Assembly (NCBI GenBank): GCA_013265495.1
Contig: MU058217.1
Span: 186,001 to 250,000, forward strand
From: Vicugna vicugna
Lineage: Eukaryota
DNA length: 64,000 bases
Direction: 5' to 3'
A program made the position numbers and the translations under genes. This document shows positions 12,603 through 24,316 of the stretch, piece by piece. How positions within the stretch are numbered: the stretch's first letter is position 1; every line of letters starts with the position of its first letter. The notes under the pieces are model-generated. The model was given only the letters and a program-made list of their open reading frames with translations, made no database searches and had not been told where the DNA came from.

Positions 12603-15600
12603 GTAAGAAGCGAGGGCCGGGGCTGAGAGGCCGGGGCATCCGTCCTCGGCGTGCATGCAGACCTGTTGCCCGCACCGCGGAGACCGGAGCCGCCCCTTCC
12701 CGAGGGGCACCCGACCCGGGGCCGCGCGCACCTAGGAGCCGCGAGGGCGGTGGGCGCTCCTCGGGGCGTGGGCAGTGCGGGGCTCGACCCCCGAGCGCCC
12801 CCCGTGCCGGGCCTCGCGAGCACATCGTGGCCGCCCCGAGGAAGCGAGAACTTGTTGCCTGTATGAGTTCTGGAGCGGGCGGGCGGGCGCGTTCCGGCGG
12901 TGGCCGGAGCCGCCGGAGGGCTGCCGAGTCCGCGGTCTGGGGAAGACGCATGGAGGATCGGGATCGGAAAAGTGGCACCGCCTGGGCCCCGGAGCCCCGA
13001 GCCTGCCGACCCGTGTACGGTCGTGCTGCGGCGGGTCGGACTGCCTGACCGCCTCGGGGCCGCCCACTTGCTGGTCAGCTGCGCCTGGCTGGCCACCAGC
13101 CCGAGCCCCGTCCGCAGGCTTGATCCAGGCGTGCCGCAGCCCCCGGCCAGTGCCTCCTCCCCTGGCCCAGCTTCCCCAGGCCAAGGTTCAGAACCTGAAA
13201 AGTGGCCTGTCCTGGGGTTCTGGCCTGGCCCCGGGGCTTCACAGGACCTGCTGAGCCAAGCCAGCTGGCTGTTTATTGTCTGGGTGACAGTTGGGAGGCC
13301 TCACTGTCCTCCCATTGCAGAGCTCATGGTTACAGACTGAGTGGGATCTGAAGTTTCTAAAGTCCTTTGGTTGGGGACGCGGGGGGTTACGGGATGTTCT
13401 CTTTAGTGAAAGGCTGCGCGACCCCAGGACTGCTGTAGACACTGTGAGCACACAGGAATATTCTGGCAAAACACTGTCCAAATCATAGAGATTGAATTCA
13501 TTAATAATTTAACCTCTGACCTACTTCATGAAGAACAAAGTAGCAAATTTTGACTGAAAATACTCTGCAACTCCAAAAAGAGAAAAAGAAAGATAGAGGC
13601 GAATTGGTTATGGGTGAGCTTGCCTGAGAAATAGCCCGTGGAAACATTATCAAAAACAGAGCCTGGCCTCCTGCAGGTACGTCTCTTTCAGGTCTGGGGT
13701 AACCAGCAAAATCTCCCCTAAATGGATTAGTAGCACTTGAGTAAAGTTGAGGCTAGAAGGAGCTTTCACTGTCTGAAAGAAGGCTGTCTGCTGAGTATGT
13801 TTGGGACCTTCTGGGTTCTGTAATGTGAGAACCTGTGTGCGTGGGAGAGGCTCAGGTGTTCCTCAGCTTTCCTGGTTCCCTTCTTGAGATTCAGGAATGA
13901 GAGAAAGCGAGTGAGTTGCTGCTTCTGAAGATCTGGAGCCTCCTGTTTCCAGCCCAGAAGCCCTAGGAGAGACTCCTATTATAGAGTCCTCCGGTGGCAC
14001 AGTTTTCCAGGAAATACTGATGTGGAAATTTGGCTGCTGGAGGTCCGGTGAGGGGCGTCCCTGGCTGGACTGAGCCAGCTGTGTGTTGGGTAGGGGTGAG
14101 GTTGCTGGGTTTGTAGGCTGTGTTAGCAAGAGTGAAGTGGCTCAGCTTTCTCTTCCTGGGGAAAGTGAATCAGACCCAGGGGAACCTGCAGAATGATCAT
14201 CTGGGACAGTCGTGGGTGTGTCAATCTCAGTTCTGTGGCATATACATACACAGGAAATCTCTGTTGCCTAAGGGGCTCTCAGACGTCTACCCATCTGTGT
14301 GAGCAGTACCCCAGAGGAGCCTCCATTTGTTCAGCACCTACTTGGCATGGTACATACATGGTCAGCAATTCACCTGACAGCCCTGGGAAGGGGAGGCACT
14401 ATCCCCATTTTATAGGCAGACAAACTGAGTATGAGACAGGTGAAGGCAATCACCCAAGGAGTTATGTTGGTATACTTGGTTAGTGGCTCAGCTGACTGAA
14501 TGTGCCCATGTCTCTTTTAAATCCAATACCCTGGGCCCAAATGTACCAGAAGGCAAGTGAAGGAAGGATCTGGGTCCTTGTGGGAAAGGGCCAGTGCAGC
14601 CCCTGAGGTCAGCATGCTGGTGACAGCATCCATGAGGGGAGGCTGAGATGCTGGGGTGACAGTGAGGGCAGTGGCTCCTTCCCACATAGAGCATCTCTTC
14701 TGTGAACCCTGAAGTTTGGTTTCACCCAGAGCTGGCTGGTTTTCCCAGCCGAGGCAGGAGTGGGCCTCAGCCCTGTGACTCTTTTCAGGGCAAAACAGAT
14801 GCAGTTTCAACAGGGCCCTTTGTGTCTGGTGACCTTGTGCATGAGCAGGCTGGACCTCAGGGCTGGGTACAGATGGAGTATATGCAGGTAGAGTCCCTTG
14901 GGATGGAGTGAGTCCCCAGAGACAAAGTGGATGAGTGGAGAATGCAGAACTCCTGAGGGGTCACTGGTGGTGGACTGGCCAAAGTAACGAATCCTGAGTC
15001 TAAAGGAGTACCAGTCATGTGTTCCTCAAGGCTGGCAGTTGGTGCAGAAGCCAGGAGGCAAGAGAAGGGGCCCAGGGATACGAGAAGTGGAAAACCTCCG
15101 CTACTGGGGTGCCTGGCAACGAGCTTGCTGGGAGCATGGAGTTCAGACGGCCAGGGGAGCTATTGGGGTTACAAGTATAGACAGAATGGACCTCACCAGC
15201 CTCCTGCAGGAGGAGGGGGAGGGTGGGTACACAGCTGAGATGGTACTGCCAGCATCACCCCCGCCCCAGTGTACCATGTGCTCTCTGGTGGAAAGAGTGA
15301 TTCCAGGAAACCCCATCTTGGCAAAAATGTGCTAAAGATTGAGAGCAGTGTGTGCAAAATGAACATGCCCCGAGTATTTCCCCCTTGTGCATGTGAAAAA
15401 AGGGGAACCAAGTGGCCCTGGTTTACAGGAAGCATGCCTCATGGAGGGGATCTGGGAGCTGACTGAGAGGGCCAGAAGATCTGCCCTGGCAGCCAGCCAG
15501 CCCTGGGGGAGAGGCCAGTTTGGTGGAGGTTCTGGTTCTGGTTACTGGGGAAGTCTCTTTGGTCAAGACCCCAAGGAAATGGTGGGACAGGGTGGCTACC

Positions 15601-16254
15601 AGGGAAGCCTCAGCCAAGCAGTGATGGTGGGCAAGTACTGGCTGCAAGGATCCTGCAGGTGGGCAGCCTTCCAGAGGGTGCTGGGAGGAGGGAGCCAGCT
15701 GCTCCCAGAGAAGGGAGGAGGCCTAGCAGATAAGGCCCACAGCTGCCCAGGAGTTATCAAGGCCTTTAGATAGAAGCCACCAGAAGCATCTTTCTTGAGG
15801 GTCTGTTCAGCCATGAGGAGGGAGAGAAGCTGAGAGAGACATGGTCAAGAAGGAGCCGAGGTGATGCTCTTACCTCGAATGAAGAGAGGAAATTAGGGAT
15901 GTGGAAGATGCTGTAAGACATCTTCGAAAACGGCCAGAGCTCTTGGGAAGTCATGCTGGTGGGTAATAAGATTGGAATGCAGACACAACAGCTTTCCTTG
16001 AATGAGGGTGCTGTTCTCAGAATCCATGATCTGGCTGCAAGGTCTAGACCTCAGAGGTACTAGCAGAATATGAGACTGCCCACCAAACTAGTTGGCTGCA
16101 GAGGGTCACCCTTGGACTTGACCTCCTTCTCTCCACCTTCTGTTCTCCCGTTTTGGGTTCATGTGATCGTGCTGCAAGAGTTTACAAGATGTGGCTGGGG
16201 GGAGAGAGATACAGAGCTGGGGATGTGGGCTGGGCTGTAGATAATTAAGGGATA

Positions 16255-16780
16255 ATGTTTTATCCATTGCTATGTTACAAGCCACCCCCAAACTTAGCAT
16301 CACAAAACAACCACTTACTATCTTCTGCATTTCTGTGGGTCGATGGGGCTCAGCTGGGCAGTTCTTCTGGTCTATCTTGGTGCCTCTCACGCATTTGCAG
16401 TCGGATGGTGGCTGCCGCTAGGGTCCTGGAGGCTCAGCTGGGCTGGAACCTCCAAAATGACATCTTCACTCCCATGTCTGGTGTCTTGGTGCTCTTCCCC
16501 GGGGCCTCCCTCTCTGCCTGGCGTCTTATCCTCTGCTGCCTTTCTCTTCAGCAGGGCAGTTGGAGTTTTTACATGCTGGCTTCCAGGAACACAGAAGTGC
16601 GAATTGCTAGGCCTTCTTAAGGCTTAGGCTCAGAATTAGCACATCAGTTCCGGCATGTCCCATTGGTAAAGTGAGTTGCAGGACCAGTCTGGATTCAGTG
16701 TGGGAGGAAGATGCAAACAGGTGTGGATGCAGTGAGGCAAGGTTTATTGAGGGCCATTTTGCAAACTGGCTGCCTCAGAA
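16255..16780 (-). mobile_element. Old MaLR LTR (MLT1 family), antisense
   Basis: tatccattgctatgttacaagccacccccaaacttagc...ggggctcagctgggcagttcttc...gccttcttaaggcttaggctcagaattagcac. Confidence 0.7.
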
Positions 16781-16843
16781 GGGTAGTCTGTCACCATCCT
16801 TGGAGGCTTTTTTTTTTTAAAGACCCCAGGGATTACTTGGAGT

Positions 16844-16930
16844 GGGGGAGGGTATATAGCTCAGTGGTAGAGTGTGTGCTTAGCATGCACAGGGTCTTGG
16901 GTTCAATCCCCTGTGCCTCCCTTAAAAAAA
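16844..16930 (+). mobile_element. Camelid tRNA-Ala SINE, short form
   Basis: tRNA-like head followed directly by an A tail; 20-bp TSD aaagaccccagggattactt / aaagacaccagtgatttctt (17/20). Confidence 0.9.
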
Positions 16931-18489
16931 AAAGACACCAGTGATTTCTTTATCCCATAGGACAAATGGTGGCAGTTGAATTTGAAACCAGATTTTCCTG
17001 TCCCTGAAGCCTGGGGTCTGTCTCCCGGGCCATCAGCACACCAGCCCAGCTTTTTCAGGTCGGGGCTGTTGGGTGCTGGTTATTAATGGACATGGTGTAT
17101 CTGAGCTGTCTGACATCTAGCAGGTACTTGCTGGGTGGCACAAATTGATTTTCATACCGGGCTTGTCTTTCTGTAACGTGGAAATTACCTACAAGGGGTG
17201 TGACCTTGTCCCTCATGCTGATTTTTTTCAGGCAGTCGTTAGCTCTGTTCATAAAGTAAAATTAGGGCTGGTGGTTTGTGGAGCATGTAATTGTGACCAA
17301 AAAGATTCAAGTGCTTTCTGGAATCATCACTCAGTCATCCTGCCCTTTGATTAGGGGGCTGTGGCCCGAGTTTGTGGCTCCCTCGGTCGGAAACTCTACC
17401 TTGGTGCCACCCTCTCTCTGCCTCTGCTCCAGGGGAGCCCCCCCTTCACTGCCGTGTGCAGGTCTGGTCAGGTGGCCACTTCACAGGACTTCAAAGCGGT
17501 GGGCAGGGATTATGGGTTCTCTGGATTCGGGGCATCTTCACAAAAGTTCCCTTAGCAACAAGTCGGCAGGAATCCCTGACATCTGTTAACCACCACGTGA
17601 ATCCCTGCCGTCCGTGACCAGCTAGAAACATGAATGAGATCCTGACGGGCTTGTATTCTTCTCAGCCTGAAAAAGCCCAGCTTTTATCTCACAGCCTGGT
17701 CGACCTCGTCTACGAGCACGGATGCTGGACCCCACCTGGCTAGTGAGAGAAAACATTTGGTAAACCAGGAAAGCTCGGATCTGTGTAAGTTCTTAGGGTC
17801 TTTGTTGGGCCCCTCCAGGGGACGTGGTTCTCCCGGCTTGCTCCCTCATTGCTCCCAGCGGCAAGGCAGCACGTGATGAGCTCTTAAAAGAATGTCAGCA
17901 CTGATCCCTCCGGTACTTAACTGCAAAATGAGTATATTCCAGTCTCCCTGCAATGGCGAGCATCTGGGTGGTGGTTATCCCCATGGGGAGATGAAGAAAT
18001 GGTGGCCAGCAGGTTGGACTGGCTTCGGACTGGCTTGTCCTTTGGAGAATTAGAGCCTCGGGTGACATTGTGGAGGATCCTTTGCAACGAGTGTGTGAAT
18101 TGTGTGAGGTTCTTGTGGATTCCTAAGAGGACCCACCCACCCCTTCTTTCACATTTAGTGTCACCTGTTTGTCCAGTCATCTGATAAAGGTTTGTTAGGT
18201 TCACTTCCTGGCTCTCTGTGTTTCCCTCACCTCTCGAGCCAGTGTCCAGACTCAGTCTCAAGGTACTCACTGGTCACATGTCCAGACTCAACTCTTCATC
18301 TCTTTCTTCCCTTCGCTGCCTTCTTCCCCCACCCTCCAAAGCGTCGTGAATGTCCCTACCATCTCGCTCTCCATCATGTCACCTGCCTCTGCCCCTCCCC
18401 TCCCCCGCCCTTTTCCTCCTGTTCATTCTGTTAGCAAGCATTGTCTGCTCTCCCTTAGCAACATGCCTCGAAGCCTTCTCCTCCTCAAC

Positions 18490-18845
18490 GTGCGATGGCA
18501 AACTTTTTCTGTCAAGGGCCAGGGAACATTTTAGGTTTTGTGGGCCAAGAGGCAAAACCGAGTTACAGCTGCATCCCTGTGTTTGATAGAGCACCGGAGT
18601 CGGCGAGAAGCTGCGAGCGCCCATCTGGTCTCTGTCACAGCTACCGAGCTCTGCCGATGGAGCATGAAACAGCTATCAACGGTCCCGAACCAGTGGGCGT
18701 GGTTGCGTTCGGATAAAACTTTATTTTTGGATCTTGAGATCTGAATTTGTGCCAGGCAGTATTCTTCTTTTGCTTTGATTTCAACCATTTAAAGATGGAT
18801 AACTCATTCTTAGCTTATGGGCTGTGTGTAGTTTGCCAATCCCTG
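18490..18845. mobile_element. MER58B-like hAT-Charlie element
   Basis: ggcaaactttttctgtcaagggccag...ttttaggttttgtgggcca...gtagtttgccaatccctg termini. Confidence 0.75.
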
Positions 18846-18857
18846 TTCAAAAGTTGA

Positions 18858-19330
18858 TCATTCATTCATTCAACAATCCCTAATTGGAGCACCTAGGGTG
18901 GGCTGTGGGTGCTGTTGTAGGTGCTGGAGGTGACGCAGTGAAAGGCATAGAAAAGAAGCTTACCTTTTAGTTGGGGAGATGGTAAACTAGCAAAAGAAAA
19001 GAAAGATAATTTAAAAATGGCACGGGGCCAAAAAAACAGGGTACTGTGACAGAGTAGGGTATGGGGTGGAGGCAAGGGGTTCTGTAAGACTCTCAGGGAA
19101 GGCTTCCCCAAGGAGGGGATGCCTGAGCAGAGACCGGAGTGATGCAGACAGAGGAGTGCACCATGTGAGTATCTGAGGGGAGTGTAAGCACTTGCACTAC
19201 AACTGCAGATAACCCTGAAGAGGGGAGTGTGTTTCATATATTGTAGAGAACCAGAGTATTCCCGAATGGATAGAGAGCAGGGAGCCAGGGCAAGGGAGGC
19301 TGGGATGTGACCCAGAGGGAGGCAGGTAAG
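18858..19330 (-). mobile_element. LINE-2 3' fragment
   Basis: cattcattcattcaaca tail; cagggaaggcttcccc...gcctgagcagagacc...ccatgtgagtatctgagggga. Confidence 0.65.
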
Positions 19331-19687
19331 TTGCAGAGTTGTTTTTCACCCCCACAATGTGCAGAACTTGATTTTTCTATGAGAATTGCTATTTCGAGTC
19401 CCTATCCTGCATGGCGGAAGAGATGTCAAGTAGTTTGAGGTTCCTTGCCTTCCCCCAGGTTTGCTTTATGTGCTGGTGGGGACTGAACCGAAAACAGCAT
19501 CATTCCAAGGGCCCAGCTGTTCCTCAGTGTCATTTGGGCATCTGCTGAACTGTCGTCCCCCGTGCAGGGCTCTGTTGTCCACCAAGACTTTTGCCGGGGA
19601 CAGACAGACACTTGTCTGGAGCTCCCTCGTCTCCTTCTCAGCAGTTTCTGGGAGGACTGGCACTGTCTAAAGCTGCTTCTGCCTCCA

Positions 19688-19831
19688 CTGGTGTGCTGGT
19701 AAATGTTGAACAGCCAGCTTTGGTGGGGTGGAGGGTGGCAGGCGGAGAGAGAGAAGTTCTGATTTGTAGCATTTACCAATTTCCAGGGTGTAAATACTCT
19801 CACTGTGGCTGATTTCAAGCTACCAATGATT
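19688..19831. mobile_element. MER63-like hAT-Blackjack fragment
   Basis: ggtgtgctggtaaatgttgaaca...ctgatttgtagcatttaccaatttccagggtgtaaatactc...gatttcaagctaccaa. Confidence 0.7.
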
Positions 19832-19981
19832 ATTTTTTTTGTTTGTTTTTTGGGGGGGTAGGTAATTAAGTTTACTTATGTATTTTTAATTGCTTTTTTC
19901 TTTTAAGTGGAGGTACTGGGGATTGAACCCAGGACTTTGTGCATGCTAAGTGTGCACCCTTCCACTGAGCTGTACCCTCCC
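19832..19981 (-). mobile_element. Camelid tRNA-Ala SINE, long form
   Basis: ggaggtactggggattgaacccaggactttgtgcatgctaag...gagctgtaccctcc; TSD ctaccaatgatt / ctatcaatgatt. Confidence 0.9.
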
Positions 19982-19992
19982 TATCAATGATT

Positions 19993-20140
19993 TTTTAAAA
20001 TTGAGTATCTTTGACATATAATCTGTGTCAAGTCATGGTATATACCGTGTTAATTTGATACATTTATATATTACCATATGATAGTGATATTTAACACCTC
20101 CATCACGTTACCTAATTATCCTTTCTTTTTAGTGGTTGGT
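19993..20140 (-). mobile_element. L1 (L1MA-like) 3' end fragment, antisense
   Basis: aattgagtatctttgacatata...taacacctccatcacgttacctaattatc. Confidence 0.6.
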
Positions 20141-20499
20141 AAGTGTCTGAATGCAGCAGAAAGACTTCTGGTTTGAGGGAAGGGGCTGTTGTGCTCTGAT
20201 TTGTTTTGGAAAGCTCACCTAGGCTGTAATGTGGAGAATGGATTTAAAGAGGGCAGAGGGGAAGCAAGAAGATGAGTTAGGAAGCTCGGAGCAGGGCGTG
20301 GGAGTGGAGATGCTGAGAGAGAAGTAGGTGCTTTGGGCGTGTGTTTTGTCGATCGATGGAGTCAAAAGGACTTGCTGCCGGATTGACTGTAGTTGCTGAG
20401 GGCCTCGCCTCTGTAGGCCAGTTGTGATACACACTTCCTGTTGTATTTTCCTCATCTGTGCATCGTCCATGCTGCCACCAGAAACCACTTCCTTAAAAC

Positions 20500-21040
20500 A
20501 ATGAAGTAAAAGGCAAATAAAAATTGGGAACAAGTTCATGCTCTTAATGCAGAAAGTACTTTTAAAAATGATCAGAAAAAAAAAAGGAACACATCATTAT
20601 AAGGATGGGCAAAGAGCTTGGATAGACACTTTATCATAAAAGATATGCAGTCATCAGCATATTCAGCCTCACTAGTAATCAAAGAATTGCAAATTTTTTT
20701 GTAAAAGATAGCTTTGATGAAAGTGGTTAAAATAAAAGAATGAGTATTGGCAAGGGTGCAGGGAAATTGCTATGCGCATCCTGGAGGGTAATTTGGCAGT
20801 ATACCTTGAAACGTTAACAACGTGCATGCCCTCTGGTCCAGCAATTCCACGTCTGGAAATCTGGGCTCAGGAAGCATCTGGGAGGCACGCTGTAAGCACC
20901 AGAGTGCCTTTTGCAGCACTGTTTGTAATAGAGCACAGATTGGCCACGCCTTACCTGCCCATCAGGAGGGACTGGTTAAAATAAGGTTCACCTGTGCTTC
21001 ACACAGTCCAGACATGCAGAGGGAACTCAGCTCAATTTTA
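20500..21040 (+). mobile_element. Degenerate old L1 ORF2 3' region
   Basis: atgggcaaagagcttggatagacactt..., ttcagcctcactagtaatcaaagaattgcaaatt, ctggagggtaatttggcagt, ccagcaattccac. Confidence 0.65.
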
Positions 21041-21249
21041 TAAATGAAACATTTTTTGTCAGTGATACTAAGTGTTTTCAAGGAGTTAGCATGGTTCAGA
21101 TTTTGCCCTATGACGAGGCAAATAGAGATAGTGTTTCCAAGAATGAACTGTTTTTTAAAAGCAGAGACAGTGTTTCCAATGCATGCTCTATGTGTTCTTT
21201 TGTGCCAAGAACAGGTTGAAGGGATGCTGGCCTGGCCCAGGACCATATG

Positions 21250-21360
21250 CTTTTAAATATCCTCTATAACAGCAAATTTTTGTCTTTCGAGGGGTGGATT
21301 TGATTTTTTTTTTTTTTTTGGAAACAGGCAAAATTCATTTGGAGCCAAGTCTGGTGTGTC
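21250..21360 (-). mobile_element. Tc1/mariner relic (MARNA-like) with a transposase motif
   Basis: Minus-strand translation PDLAPNEFCLFP...KFAVIEDI resembles the mariner YSPDLAPxDxxLF...F..IEDI motif. Confidence 0.7.
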
Positions 21361-21651
21361 TGTACATGTGACTGTCTGTCTATCACCTTGTCGAGAAAAA
21401 GATATAAAGCAGCTTACCAAAAAGCATACAGTACAATAAGATAAAAGCACAAATACGTGGGGAAATCTGGGGGAAGGAGAAAATAAGATGACTGTTGGAG
21501 TGAAGAAGGAAGAGTGTAGAAGGTAATTGAGTTAAGTAACACTGTTCAGGGTTTAAAGAGAAGTCCTTTTCTCAAGGAAAGATGTGTTTGAGCCGTTCTC
21601 CATAGGGAGTAAGAGAGATGTGGAGATGGTGGCATCGGGGGCTTAGGTGCT

Positions 21652-21995
21652 GTGCCAGTCAGGATGGGTTAGGTGATGCTTCCATAGCAAACGACCCCCA
21701 CATCTTAGTGCTTAAAAACAACAGAGGTTTGCATCTACCTCATGCTAAAAGTCTGTTGCAAGTGGGTTTGGGGCTGTAAGACCCCCCAGGACCCAGGATA
21801 AGGGAGCAACCACTGTCTGGAATCCTGCTGGTGATCATATTCATCCCGGAAGTGACACATGGCATTTGTGCTTAGAACTCATTGACTAAAGCCCAGCCAC
21901 ACCAAACTTCAAGTGACTGTGGAAATGCACTCTAGCCACGTGCCCAGAAGGAGAGAAGGGGAGAGCTGCCTGTTCGTGGACAGCTCCTGGGACCA
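21652..21995 (-). mobile_element. Old MaLR LTR (MLT1J/K-like)
   Basis: agtcaggatgggttaggtgatgct...aaacgacccccacatcttagtgcttaaaaacaacagaggttt...ggaagtgacaca. Confidence 0.6.
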
Positions 21996-23089
21996 CCAGG
22001 TGCAGCCTCACTCAGGGGGATGCCCCGCTTCTGGGCTAGTTCAGCGTCAGTGTTTTATGACCATACTTAGAGCAGTGCTTCTCAAGCTGGTTTTGATGCC
22101 TCTAGAGCAAGGCTTCTGGGTCTTGTTGGCTGGATTCTGACTTGGTAGGTCTGGGATGAGGCCTGGAACTCTCCATGTCTGATGAGCTCCCCTGGACTTC
22201 AGCCTCACAGGTGCCCTTATCTCCTGAGACCAGGATGAACTCTGACTGGTCTTTCAAATCACTCCCTCCCCCGAGCTATCCTGGCATCTCGTGTGCTGCT
22301 GGGCACACCAGTGGATTCTTGGCCTGATCCCAGACTGCCTATGATTTTTTTTGTTTGTTTGTTTGCAGTAAATGCATCTGTCACAACTTTTGGTTCAACA
22401 AAAACAAATATTTATATTTGAGTGCCTACTGTGTGGGCCAGGCTCTCCACAAAGCTGTATCAGTGGATACAGCCAAGACCTGGGGCCAAAGTCTTCCTCT
22501 GGGAGCCCTTGGGGATGTTCCGGCCTGGCCCCTCTAGGTGACTCTGGTGGGTGACTTCTCTAAAAGACTTGTCACGTAGCATCCATTGTTCTTTCTCAGA
22601 TGCCTCAATTCCTCCTCTCTTCTCATTGGCTTGTCAAATGCACTGAGAACTCCAGGATTCATCAACAAAAAACTACTTGAGTTGTGAAAACCCTTCAGAG
22701 ATATTTTAAAAAATTCTACAGAAATGAGCCCTTGTCTTAACTTAATCATGATGGGGATTCTTGAGCAGTGGTTCGTGGAAGAATGAGTGTCATTGAGGCA
22801 TTTGTTTTTGATTCGTGACACAGTGTGGAAATAGAAATAGGAAGTTGGAGTCGACTGTTTTTATTTTAGCAAGTGTTTTATTGATAAATGGCTACAAACC
22901 TTTGTTGTGCTTGGAGTGAAAAATAAAACTTGAGTTTTGAATAATTGAGGGCATACCACAAAATCTACTTATCTGGTACTCAATCTTATATTTTCATATT
23001 ATACAGAAGGTTCTGGATGCTGGGGCCTCTCTCTTGGTGTGGGCACGTGGAATCTACCTCTATGACATTACCATGAAGGGCTTTAAGGC

Positions 23090-23250
23090 CAGCACTTCTC
23101 AAGTATCAGTGTGTGTGCAGATCACAAGGGGCTCTGGTTAAAATGCAGATTTGGATTCGGTGGGGCTGGGGCGGGGCGGACACTCTGTGTTACCTAACTG
23201 GCTCCCAGGTGGTGCTGATGCAGCCGGCCTCTGAGCCACAGTTTGAGTAG
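23090..23250. mobile_element. MER5A-like element
   Basis: cagcacttctcaag...gttaaaatgcagatt...ctcccaggtggtgctgatgcagcc...ccacagtttgagtag. Confidence 0.7.
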
Positions 23251-24154
23251 GAGAACATTTGAACACCCTAAGGGGTTTTTAAGTTTGCAAGTTATGATTA
23301 AATCCTGGAGTTAGATTGGATTTCGGTTACTTTTTTTTCTTCTTTCTTCTTTCTCCTTCTCGAATGATATGAGGCTACACAGGGTCATGGAAAGAACACA
23401 GATTTTGGAATTAGACTTGACTTTGAGAGGACAGAGGTGTGGAGATGGGGGAAGCTGGTGTTCCTGTTTGCCCAGAGGGACCTTCTATCACGGGTGGAGG
23501 CAGGGCTCAATGTTTTACCAGATGAGGAGCCAGCTGTGGAGGAAGAGAGGCTGGGGGCAGAGTGGTGAGTGACGCGGCGGGCGTGGCGGGCCCAGCGTCT
23601 TGACTGCAGTGCGAACATGATGGCAGAGAGAGAGCCTGGAATGGTCTTGCCAGGTACCAACAGTGTTTGGAAAAACGTGCGGCGGGGATGTTGCTGCCAC
23701 ATCTCAAGGCAGTTTTTTGGTTCCAAGGGGATGCTGGTTGCCTTGCGTGGTTGGGTTTGTGGGCTTGAATGTGAGCCCTGCAGCTACTTCCACTGCTCGG
23801 ACTTGTTCAAGGATGTGGCCAGAACCTCCCTCCATGTGGGCCTCGGAGTGCAGGGCAAGAGTGTAGCAGGCAGCTCTGGGTTCAAATCCTGGCTCCGCTC
23901 TGCCGCCTGTGAGACCCTAGGCGAATTGCAGAATCTTCCTCAGCTTCCTCGGGCTCCTGTGAGGGTAGCTGGCACCTTGTATACACTCTGTTAATGGAGT
24001 TTACATCCCACATGTTCTGGGGATCCTGCCAAGTGGAATGCTGAGAGCTGCCAGTTAATTGGGGCTCCCATTGGGGGCAGGGGCTGCTGGGGTGGGAGAA
24101 ACCTTTTTCTATGGGCCCCTCTGAGATCAGGTATGAGACTGTCTGGTTGCAGCA

Positions 24155-24316
24155 TTGTGGTCAGGGCCTTCCCACCCATGGGCACAGATCCCCTGGGCAT
24201 CTTACTAAATGCAGATTCGGCTTCTGACAGTCTGGGCTGGGGCCTGAGAGTCTGCATTTCTAACAAGCTCTAACACAGAGATGCTGCTGGTCTTGGGCCC
24301 ACACTTTGAATAGCAC
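24155..24316. mobile_element. MER5A-like element
   Basis: aaatgcagattc...tctgggctggggcctgagagtctgcatttctaacaagctc...cacactttgaatagca. Confidence 0.75.

Larger units (their letters stand above)
11770..13150. promoter_or_regulatory. CpG island / GAS7 promoter and 5' UTR region
   Basis: Sharp rise in GC and CpG density against CpG-depleted flanks; overlapping GC boxes (ccccgccccgccccc, about 12147-12162); contains the first coding exon. The TSS cannot be fixed from sequence. Confidence 0.88.

Noticed and set aside
11921..13340. Many long overlapping ORFs on both strands (up to 263 aa)
   Set aside because: Stop-codon depletion in the CpG island gives Arg/Pro/Gly/Ala-rich peptides; only the SH3 exon has homology.
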